A stretch of DNA of 64,000 bases from Ruminococcus sp. (GTDB lineage: Bacteria; Bacillota; Clostridia; Oscillospirales; Ruminococcaceae): assembly GCA_017542125.1 (NCBI GenBank), contig JAFXXU010000033.1, positions 6,360-70,359 of the forward strand. Reading direction: 5' to 3'. Made by a program: the position numbers and the translations under genes. The notes beneath the pieces are model-generated. The model saw only the letters and a program-made list of their open reading frames with translations. It did no database searches and had not been told where the DNA came from. This document shows positions 1-7,222 of this stretch, piece after piece. Numbering within the stretch: the stretch's first letter is position 1; every line of letters begins with the position of its first letter.

Positions 1-17
1 ATTACCGTAGAGGTTCG

Positions 18-287
18 GTGCATTACCTTACGCTGATGTTTGCGATAGACGCTACCTTTATCACACAGTTCTGGACTTCCTCGATAGCTATCACCCTGCT
101 GGGCATAGTCGAGATAATCCTGCTGGGCTGCACCTTCTGGTTCGGGCATAAATACTCAAAGAAGGTCAAGGCTGAAACTGCCGCCAAGGAGGCTGCCCGC
201 AAGGAGGCTGAGGAAAGAGCCAAGGCCGCCGAAAAGGCCGAGGCCACCGAGAACGAGAAGCTGGTGGATAACGCCTTCGACGATTGA
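18..287 (+). CDS. small membrane protein with Lys/Glu/Ala-rich tail; possibly 5'-truncated by the window edge
   Basis: ORF track. Hydrophobic N-terminal half followed by a charged low-complexity tail. The frame stays open from nt 3 to the GTG at 18. Confidence 0.35.
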   Translation: MHYLTLMFAIDATFITQFWTSSIAITLLGIVEIILLGCTFWFGHKYSKKVKAETAAKEAARKEAEERAKAAEKAEATENEKLVDNAFDD

Positions 288-296
288 GGTAAGCTT

Positions 297-1250
297 ATGA
301 AGATAGTTATTCTCGATGCCGAGACCGTAACCCGGAACGATGTCTCGCTGGAGGGGATCACCTCCCAGGGGGAGGCGACGGTCTACGGCTTCACCCCCAA
401 CGATATGATCGCCGAGAGGATAGGCGATGCCGATGCGGTCATCTGCAACAAGTGCCTGATCACCAGAGAGGTGTTTGAAGCCTGCCCTGACCTGAAATAC
501 GTGGGGCTCTTCGCCACAGGCTACAACAACGTGGATGTAAAGGCCGCCCACGACCACGGAGCCGTGGTCTGCAACGTTCCCAGCTATTCCACAAATGCTG
601 TGGCGCAGCATACCTTCGCCTTCATCCTCGACAGATACAACAAGGTCTCGGAGTATTCCGCCACCGTAGATCGGGGGGATTGGGTGAACTACAAGCTGTT
701 CACCTATTTCGGCATACCCACCTTTGAGCTGGCGGGCAAGACCATAGGCATAGTCGGCTACGGCAGCATCGGCAGGCAGACCGCCGCCATTGCCAGAGCC
801 TTCAATATGAAGGTCGTCACCTGTACCCGCACCCCCGAAAAGGTAGAGGACGGCACCCCCTGCCTCCCGCTGGAGGAGCTGCTCCGTGTGAGCGATGTAG
901 TCACCCTCCATTGCCCGCTGACCGCCGATAACGAAAAAATGATAAATGCCCGGACACTCTCGCTGATGAAGCGGGATGCTCTGCTGATAAATACCGCAAG
1001 AGGCGGGCTCATCGACGAGCAGGCCCTCACCGAGGCCCTCAACAGCGGAGCCATCGGAGGCGCCTGCATAGATGTGCTCACTCTGGAGCCTATGAGGGAG
1101 GACTGCCCCCTCAGAAAGGCTAAGAACATAACGATCACCCCCCATATCGCCTGGGCGCCGAAGGAGACCAGGATAAGGCTGCTTGAAAAGGTGGCTGAGA
1201 ACCTGAGAGCCTGGGCGGCGGGCAGCCCCATAAATGCCGTTGAGCGGTAA
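297..1250 (+). CDS. D-isomer-specific 2-hydroxyacid dehydrogenase (glycerate dehydrogenase / hydroxypyruvate reductase-like)
   Basis: 317 aa. NAD-binding GxGxxG (GIVGYGSIGRQTA). Conserved ARG...D and PHIAW catalytic-region motifs typical of the family. Confidence 0.85.
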   Translation: MKIVILDAETVTRNDVSLEGITSQGEATVYGFTPNDMIAERIGDADAVICNKCLITREVFEACPDLKYVGLFATGYNNVDVKAAHDHGAVVCNVPSYSTNAVAQHTFAFILDRYNKVSEYSATVDRGDWVNYKLFTYFGIPTFELAGKTIGIVGYGSIGRQTAAIARAFNMKVVTCTRTPEKVEDGTPCLPLEELLRVSDVVTLHCPLTADNEKMINARTLSLMKRDALLINTARGGLIDEQALTEALNSGAIGGACIDVLTLEPMREDCPLRKAKNITITPHIAWAPKETRIRLLEKVAENLRAWAAGSPINAVER

Positions 1251-1264
1251 GGAGATGAGTTCCC

Positions 1265-1789
1265 TTGTCTGAACTGTTCGATCTTTACAATGAAAAGCTG
1301 ATCCCCCTGCGGGAGACTGCCGAGCGGGGAGATCCCATCCCTCCGGGGAAGTATCATCTGGTGATCAATGTGCTCTCGGTCAATTTCGAGGGGAAGGTGC
1401 TCATAACCCTCCGAAGCGCCGAAAAGCCCACCTACCCCAATCTCTGGGAGGTAACAGAGGGCGCGGTCATAGCCGGGGAGAAGCCCGCAATGGCGGCTAT
1501 CCGCGAGCTTAAGGAGGAAACGGGTCTCCGGGCGCTGCCGGAAGCCCTGGACTACCGGGGCCAGCTGGTGTTCAAGGGCGGCACCCATAACCATATCGTG
1601 CTGTTTTACCTCTTCCGCGCCGATTTCGGTGAGGAGGATGTGATCCTCCAGCCGGGTGAGACCGCCGCCGCAAGGCTGGTCTACCCCGCCGAGATAGAGC
1701 AGATGGCAAAGCAGGGCGAGTTCATCAGCTTCGTATATCAGCGAGCCAAGGCCTTCTACCCGGATATCTTCGGGGAGGCTATGCCGTAA
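1265..1789 (+). CDS. NUDIX hydrolase
   Basis: Nudix box GEKPAMAAIRELKEETGL (GX5EX7REUXEEXGU). TTG start. Confidence 0.8.
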   Translation: MSELFDLYNEKLIPLRETAERGDPIPPGKYHLVINVLSVNFEGKVLITLRSAEKPTYPNLWEVTEGAVIAGEKPAMAAIRELKEETGLRALPEALDYRGQLVFKGGTHNHIVLFYLFRADFGEEDVILQPGETAAARLVYPAEIEQMAKQGEFISFVYQRAKAFYPDIFGEAMP

Positions 1790-1825
1790 CGGGCAATACA
1801 TCAAAAACGAATTGAGGAAAGTATA

Positions 1826-2620
1826 ATGGACAGGGAAAGAAAAAGAATAGTAGTTAAGCTGGGTACCTCCACGCTGACCCATAAGACGGGCAAGCTCAAC
1901 ATCAGGCGTATCGAGCGCCTCGTCAAGAACCTTGCCGACCTGCACAACGCAGGCAACGAGCTGATAATCGTCTCCAGCGGAGCGGTGGGTCTGGGTATGG
2001 CAAAGCTCAACCTGATGCAGAAGCCCAAGGAGACACCTCTGAAGCAGGCCTGCGCCGCCATAGGCCAGTGCGAGCTGATGTATTTCTACGACAAGCTGTT
2101 CTCCGATTACAGCCTGAACGTAGCTCAGGTGCTCCTTACCAAGTATGTGCTGCTGGAGGACAGGAGAGTCAACGTCCAGAACGCTCTGGCGGAGCTGCTG
2201 GCTCATAATGTCATCCCCGTCGTCAACGAGAACGATACGGTGGCTATCGACGAGCTGGAGCTTGAGGTGGGCGAGAACGATTCCCTCGCCGCCACGGTGG
2301 CTACCCTTGTGAATGCCGACCTGCTCATAATAATGTCGGATATAGACGGCCTCTACGACTCCGACCCGAGATCGAACCCCGAAGCCAAGCTCATCCCCGT
2401 GGTCTATGAGATCACCGATGAGATCCGGGAGCTGGCAGGGGGCGCAGGCTCCAAGCTGGGCACCGGCGGTATGAAGACCAAGATCAACGCCGCCGAGATC
2501 GCCAACGCCAACGGCATAGATATGATAATCACCAACGGCCGCAACCCCGACAACCTCTACGCTGTCTTTGAGGGGGGCGCAGGCACGCTGTTCAAGGCAA
2601 AGGGTACAAATAACATGTAA
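1826..2620 (+). CDS. proB: glutamate 5-kinase (short form without PUA domain)
   Basis: 264 aa. N-terminal RIVVKLGTSTLT and amino-acid-kinase fold motifs (VSSGAV, NENDT, GTGGM.TK). Confidence 0.9.
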   Translation: MDRERKRIVVKLGTSTLTHKTGKLNIRRIERLVKNLADLHNAGNELIIVSSGAVGLGMAKLNLMQKPKETPLKQACAAIGQCELMYFYDKLFSDYSLNVAQVLLTKYVLLEDRRVNVQNALAELLAHNVIPVVNENDTVAIDELELEVGENDSLAATVATLVNADLLIIMSDIDGLYDSDPRSNPEAKLIPVVYEITDEIRELAGGAGSKLGTGGMKTKINAAEIANANGIDMIITNGRNPDNLYAVFEGGAGTLFKAKGTNNM

Positions 2621-3166
2621 ATGAAGAGCAGAAGAAAGGCTTTGATACTGATAATATCGGCGGCGGTGCTGCTTATCGGCGCTGGTCTGTTCCTGATATT
2701 TTCAAAACCGGATGCAAAAATAGTTTCAATAAAGATCGAGCCTCTTGAAAGCGACCTGATCGACACCGCCTGGGAGATCTGGGAGCAGGCTGACGGGCGC
2801 TATGAGCAGAAGCTCTGGAAGGGTGAGAAGCCGACGGGCTCCGATTATGTCAGAGTGACCTTTACTGTGAGGATCACCAATCTTTCGGTGCAGCACTGGT
2901 ATGCGGGCAAAGCGCTGATCGGCAGCTATGACAGCAAAAAGGACTTCTTCATCACCGAATGGAGCGAGCCTGCACCTTATGACATCGGCCGCATAAGCCG
3001 CAAGGATTATGAGTTCACAGCCCTCGCATACAGAGGCGGACGTACCGATGAGGAAATAAAGGATATCATCCGAGGAACATCCCTTAATATGGAGCTTTCA
3101 AAAGGCGAAACAACTACCCGTGCAGAGCTCCCTGCCGGGGATGCAGAGGCGGATATCACAGACTAG
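2621..3166 (+). CDS. hypothetical membrane-anchored protein
   Basis: ATG directly follows the proB stop (TAAATG). Single N-terminal TM segment. No motif recognised. Confidence 0.5.
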   Translation: MKSRRKALILIISAAVLLIGAGLFLIFSKPDAKIVSIKIEPLESDLIDTAWEIWEQADGRYEQKLWKGEKPTGSDYVRVTFTVRITNLSVQHWYAGKALIGSYDSKKDFFITEWSEPAPYDIGRISRKDYEFTALAYRGGRTDEEIKDIIRGTSLNMELSKGETTTRAELPAGDAEADITD

Positions 3167-3179
3167 GGGGCGGCAGTCA

Positions 3180-3974
3180 ATGGGAACGGCAGAGGTCACA
3201 TACTCTCTGAGCGCCCTTTGGGGATACGCCCTTGAGACTGTATTTTCCCTGTGCTTTCCGATAGTGCTGTTTCTGTATTTCAGAAAACGCTTCGGCGGGT
3301 TTTCGGTGAAGCCCCTGCTCGTGGGCTTCGGGACCTATCTGGCGGTCTCGCTGGTGAGGGCGGTGTTCCGCACCCTTATCCTCACCGACGGGGTAAAGGA
3401 GATACCTGCGCTTTTCTACTTCCTCTCGGCTCTGCTTTCGGGAGTTCTGGAGGAGCTGGGGCGGTATCTGGCCCTGAAATATGCCCTGGACGGCTTTGAC
3501 GGCTTCAAGGATGCCGTTGCCTACGGCATCGGTCACGGCGGCACCGAGTCCATACTCGGAATGATGCCCATAGCTCTGAACGGGCTGCTTGTGGGGCTGC
3601 GCTGCAACGATGTGGGCATCGCGGCTATGACGGCGGGGCTTGAACCCGACAGGGCGGCAGCCTATGCCGAAAAGATACAGGGCTTTGCCGACAATTCCGT
3701 ATTTGACAGCCTTTACACTGTGGCCTCTTGGATAAATTCCGCTTTTGCCTGTCACATCGCCCTTTCGGTGCTGGTGCTGATATCGGTGCATTACGTCGGG
3801 CAGCAGAAGCAGCTGTTTATCGCCATGGCGATACATACATTTTTCGATGTGCTGCCCCCGCTGATAGTGTGGACGGGCTTCCCCTTCCCGCTGCTGGGAG
3901 AGCTCATCTTTGGGGGGCTGACCATATACTACACCCGCAGAGTGTGGAAAAGCGTGAACGGCAGGGAGGCATAG
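3180..3974 (+). CDS. YhfC-like intramembrane metalloprotease family protein
   Basis: Polytopic membrane protein with EELGRY and GHGGTES motifs that I remember as YhfC-type. I chose the internal ATG at 3180 over the overlapping ORF-track start at 3120. Confidence 0.55.
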   Translation: MGTAEVTYSLSALWGYALETVFSLCFPIVLFLYFRKRFGGFSVKPLLVGFGTYLAVSLVRAVFRTLILTDGVKEIPALFYFLSALLSGVLEELGRYLALKYALDGFDGFKDAVAYGIGHGGTESILGMMPIALNGLLVGLRCNDVGIAAMTAGLEPDRAAAYAEKIQGFADNSVFDSLYTVASWINSAFACHIALSVLVLISVHYVGQQKQLFIAMAIHTFFDVLPPLIVWTGFPFPLLGELIFGGLTIYYTRRVWKSVNGREA

Positions 3975-3975
3975 C

Positions 3976-4608
3976 ATGGCTTCAAGGATGATCCATCTGG
4001 CGTTAGGATATGTCCTCTCGGAGCAGTTCGATGTGGGGGACAGGGAGAGCTTCCTGGCGGGCTCGGTGATACCCGACGCCTTCCCAAAGGAGCAAAGCCA
4101 CTTTTTCAGATATTTCGGCGAGGGCTCGGCCCGCAAGACCTACGCCCTCCGTCAGTTCCGGGAGCGCTTCGGGGACAGGCTCGGGGGCGGGCTGTTCCTC
4201 GGGTACTATATGCATTTAGTGGAGGATCTGGTTTTCAGAGACCACCTCTACCATAAGGTGGGGTACGTCCCCACAAAGGAAAAGCTGCCCCGGCTCCACC
4301 GGGATTATACCCTCCTGAACGGCATCATCAGCCGAAGCTGCGGCATAAAAGCCGTCCCCGCTCTGCCGGAGGGCTTTGAAAAGGAGCCCCTGGTGGGGGA
4401 GCATTCCGTGGAGATACGGGCTTTCCTTGAAGATATGAAAAACGACCTCACCGCCTCGCCGGAGGGGGAAACGGTCTACTACACACAGGCTATAGCCGAG
4501 GACTATATAACGACCGCATCGGAGATATGCGAAACGGAGCTCCGCGCTCTCAGAGGGCAGGGGGAGCATATCCGCGAGGAGGACTTCTCCTGGCTGCGGC
4601 ATAATTAA
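3976..4608 (+). CDS. hypothetical metal-dependent hydrolase-like protein (zinc phospholipase C-like His/Asp pattern)
   Basis: 210 aa. IHLALG...VIPDA...YYMHLVEDLVFRD pattern. Weak assignment. Confidence 0.4.
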   Translation: MASRMIHLALGYVLSEQFDVGDRESFLAGSVIPDAFPKEQSHFFRYFGEGSARKTYALRQFRERFGDRLGGGLFLGYYMHLVEDLVFRDHLYHKVGYVPTKEKLPRLHRDYTLLNGIISRSCGIKAVPALPEGFEKEPLVGEHSVEIRAFLEDMKNDLTASPEGETVYYTQAIAEDYITTASEICETELRALRGQGEHIREEDFSWLRHN

Positions 4609-4780
4609 GGCAACACCGCACGACCCGCGGCTAACGCCTCTGCACATCATCTGCTTGCCAGCTTTCCGTCATATTACCCAAATTCTCCTTGCCGGGCGCC
4701 AGCCCGCCTGCGTCGAATTTAGACAATCTGACGAAAACCTGGACTTCGCATCTGACGCACAGGGGTCGTGCGGTGTTGCC
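4609..4780. mobile_element. 172-bp MITE-like non-autonomous element
   Basis: 18-bp perfect terminal inverted repeats: GGCAACACCGCACGACCC (4609-4626) and GGGTCGTGCGGTGTTGCC (4763-4780). Flanked by TTAA at 4605-4608 and 4781-4784. No ORF inside. Removing it joins the upstream stop codon directly to the downstream Shine-Dalgarno. Confidence 0.55.
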
Positions 4781-4799
4781 TTAAAGGAGTGACAGTACT

Positions 4800-5381
4800 A
4801 TGCTTTACATTGGCGGGATCATCATACTTGCAGCACTGGCGTTTTTCACCGTCTACAATATACGGCATTCCGAAGGGAAGCTGCATAAGGCTGTCGTCGC
4901 GGTGAATATCGTTATCGCCGCCGCTGCGCTGCTGACGGTGATAACGGGCTATGTCGCTTTCAGGATCGACCGCAGCGACAGCAAAGCATATACCTCTCAC
5001 GGCGGGATGTTCCATAACATCACCTATAAGGGCACCGAGGACGGCTGTTATGTGTTCTCGGAATCGGGTTTTCTGACCGGCGGCAGAAGGTTTGCCGTTC
5101 CCGTAGAGGATGCCGAGCTGCCATCGCTGACCAAGAACCTTTCCCTGTTTGACAGCGTTATCATCTACACCGACGGTGATGATACACACTTGCCCGAACG
5201 CATCGCCCATACCTCTCAGGGCGACCTGCCCGTCTGGGGGAATACCGTAAAGATAAGTATGTACCTTTTAGGACCGCTGATACTCGCCGCGCTGCTGCTG
5301 CTCTCCGTTGACCTCATATTCGGGACCGCAGTATTCATAGCCGTGCTGCATTATCGGGATGCCGCAGAGGCAAAGCAGTGA
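4800..5381 (+). CDS. hypothetical integral membrane protein
   Basis: ORF with AAAGGAG Shine-Dalgarno at 4784-4790. Hydrophobic segments at both termini. Confidence 0.5.
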   Translation: MLYIGGIIILAALAFFTVYNIRHSEGKLHKAVVAVNIVIAAAALLTVITGYVAFRIDRSDSKAYTSHGGMFHNITYKGTEDGCYVFSESGFLTGGRRFAVPVEDAELPSLTKNLSLFDSVIIYTDGDDTHLPERIAHTSQGDLPVWGNTVKISMYLLGPLILAALLLLSVDLIFGTAVFIAVLHYRDAAEAKQ

Positions 5382-5385
5382 TCGG

Positions 5386-5432
5386 CGGAAAATGCTCTCC
5401 CCCGCTTCAGAGGTGGGGAGAAGCATTTTCCG
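5386..5432 (+). terminator. long GC-rich hairpin after the membrane-protein gene (putative terminator or processing site; no clear T-run)
   Basis: CGGAAAATGCTCTCCCC ... GGGGAGAAGCATTTTCCG; about 17 bp with one bulge. Confidence 0.35.
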
Positions 5433-5478
5433 TATTCGCCCGAGCCTTCTCAGAAGGCAAGGCTGATCATAAATCTTT

Positions 5479-5497
5479 ATGCATTGTGCATTGAATA
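5479..5497 (+). repeat. two units of the GCATTGT heptamer repeat directly upstream of the proA Shine-Dalgarno
   Basis: ATGCATTGTGCATTGAAT. The same motif occurs at 44555-44594 and, reverse-complemented, at 51397-51432. Confidence 0.7.
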
Positions 5498-5514
5498 ATA
5501 AGGGAGCTGATAGT

Positions 5515-6768
5515 ATGAGTTACATCGAAACACTCGGAATGAACGCAAAGGCCTGCAAGACCGAGCTTGCAAGCGCATCCTCGGCGCAGAAGAACGACGC
5601 GCTTATGGAGATCGCCCATATCCTGCGCAGATGCGCTCCGAAGATCATAGAGGCCAACGCCCTCGACCTTGAAAATGCCGTAAGACGCAATATGACCCCC
5701 GCTATGCAGGACAGGCTCCGCCTCGATGAAAAGCGTATCGAGGGTATCGCTGCTGCCTGCGAGAAGCTCATCGGTCTTGATGACCCGGTGGGTGAGATCA
5801 TCGGCGGAGGCACCCGCCCCAACGGGATGAGAGTCACCAAGGTCAGAGTTCCTATGGGCGTTGTGGGTATGATCTACGAGGCAAGGCCCAACGTTACCGT
5901 GGATGCGGCGGCTCTCTGCTTAAAGAGCGGAAACTGCGTGATCCTCCGGGGCGGCAAGGAAGCTATCAACTCCAATAAGATGCTGGCAGCGCTGATGCGT
6001 CAGGCTGTTAAGACCGCCGGCCTCGACCCCAACGTTATCCAGCTGGTGGAGGACACCGACAGAGGCATCGCCTCGGATATGATGAGAGCCAACGGCCTTA
6101 TCGACGTGCTCATCCCCAGAGGCGGAGCCCAGCTCATCAAGGCCGTGGTGCAGAACGCCACCGTCCCGGTCATTGAAACAGGCACAGGCAACTGCCACGT
6201 TTACGTTGACGAGAGCGCGGATGTGGAGATGGCTGTAAACATCGTGGATAACGGCAAGACCCAGCGCCCCTCTGTCTGCAACGCGATAGAGACGGTGCTT
6301 GTTCACCGCGACATAGCTGATGAATTCCTGCCGAGGATGATGCAGAGGCTTGACGAGCACAACGTTGAGCTGAGGGGCTGTCCGCTGACGAGGATGATAC
6401 TGGGAGTAAACAACGTCCGTCCTGCGGATGAGGATGATTATGCTACCGAGTTCCTTGACTACATCCTGGCTGTAAGGGTAGTTGACGACCTGGCGCAGGC
6501 TCTGGAGCACATAGCTAAGTATTCCACGGGTCACAGTGAGTGTATCGTTACCGAGAGCGTATTTGCGGCTGAGGAATTCAAAAAGAGGGTAGACTCGGCT
6601 TGTGTATATGTAAACTGCTCGACCAGGTTCACAGACGGAGAGCAGTTCGGCTTCGGGGCAGAGATAGGCATATCTACGCAGAAGCTGCACGCGAGGGGTC
6701 CGATGGGATTACGCGAGCTGACAACGGTAAAATACCTTATTGACGGCAACGGGCAGATAAGGGGATAA
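5515..6768 (+). CDS. proA: gamma-glutamyl phosphate reductase
   Basis: Aldehyde-dehydrogenase-type fold with CNA(I/M)ET catalytic Cys region (PSVCNAIETVLVH). ATG 5515 preceded by AGGGAG at 5501-5506. Confidence 0.9.
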   Translation: MSYIETLGMNAKACKTELASASSAQKNDALMEIAHILRRCAPKIIEANALDLENAVRRNMTPAMQDRLRLDEKRIEGIAAACEKLIGLDDPVGEIIGGGTRPNGMRVTKVRVPMGVVGMIYEARPNVTVDAAALCLKSGNCVILRGGKEAINSNKMLAALMRQAVKTAGLDPNVIQLVEDTDRGIASDMMRANGLIDVLIPRGGAQLIKAVVQNATVPVIETGTGNCHVYVDESADVEMAVNIVDNGKTQRPSVCNAIETVLVHRDIADEFLPRMMQRLDEHNVELRGCPLTRMILGVNNVRPADEDDYATEFLDYILAVRVVDDLAQALEHIAKYSTGHSECIVTESVFAAEEFKKRVDSACVYVNCSTRFTDGEQFGFGAEIGISTQKLHARGPMGLRELTTVKYLIDGNGQIRG

Positions 6769-6779
6769 CCGCACACAAA

Positions 6780-7142
6780 AAGCGTCAAGGTACAAAGCTC
6801 AATAGACCGCAGGTCCGGGGGCGGCCGGAAAGCGCCCGAAACGGGGCGTGCTCCCAGCCCGCCGCTCAACACGGCATTTTGGGAGGGTTACCTATTGCCG
6901 CCCGTACACGGATAGTCAGGGCACGGAAAATCGGTCACTGCGGGGGAATTGTCCCTAGCGGCATAGCAGAGATCGGACAGGGGGTGTCCCTTAATTTCTT
7001 TTGCGCAGCGCCTTGGTCGGAGCTGCGCTCCGAAATGGGGTTCTGCCCAAAACCCGCTTAGGGACGCTGTCCCTAAGAACCCTGCCAGGGGCCAGCGCGC
7101 CCCGCTTTATTCCGAGCGCAACCGAGGAATAAAGTTTGACCT
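6780..7142 (+). repeat. composite intergenic repeat, copy A (conserved core 6825-6960 plus 82-nt REP-like block 7061-7142)
   Basis: The 82-nt block is 80/82 identical to 11756-11837. The core is homologous to 62789-62920. Contains hairpin CTTTATTCC-N12-GGAATAAAG. Confidence 0.65.
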
Positions 7143-7166
7143 CGCAATATTTGGCTTTGTTTGCGC

Positions 7167-7203
7167 AAAAAAAGGCTGCTCGGTTTGAGCAGCCTTTTCT
7201 TTG
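7167..7203. terminator. bidirectional intrinsic terminator between proA and secDF
   Basis: AAAGGCTGCTC-GGTTT-GAGCAGCCTTT, with an A-run upstream and a T-run downstream. Confidence 0.75.
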
Positions 7204-7222
7204 TCTTATCTTGTTTTTGGCC

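Noticed and set aside
4684-4733. 13-codon minus-strand mini-ORF (MTESWQADDVQRR) with an AAGGAGA Shine-Dalgarno inside the MITE-like element.
   Set aside because: It is too short and there is no supporting promoter. It is probably fortuitous.
4627-4762. Invertible promoter (inverton) flanked by the 22-bp inverted repeat.
   Set aside because: I found no promoter-like -35/-10 pair in either orientation inside the 136-bp segment, and no invertase or recombinase nearby. The TTAA-flanked insertion that exactly restores an operon junction is more parsimonious. Inversion cannot be excluded without read-level data.
6825-6960. Possible twister or hammerhead ribozyme, or a group II intron domain V remnant, in the repeat core (GCCGCTCAACACGGC … GGGAGGG; GAGCTGCGGTACGGAAATG in copy C).
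   Set aside because: The required pairings are absent: no P1 closing helix, no CUGANGA…GAAA core, and no self-complementary 34-nt domain V hairpin. The resemblance is limited to short strings.
6879-7061. 60-aa ORF inside intergenic repeat copy A, and the 148-aa ORF 62812-63258 inside copy C.
   Set aside because: The homologous DNA in the two copies does not keep a common frame; the copy-C equivalent hits a stop. There is no Shine-Dalgarno. The 62812 ORF also runs antisense into the ComEC-like gene.
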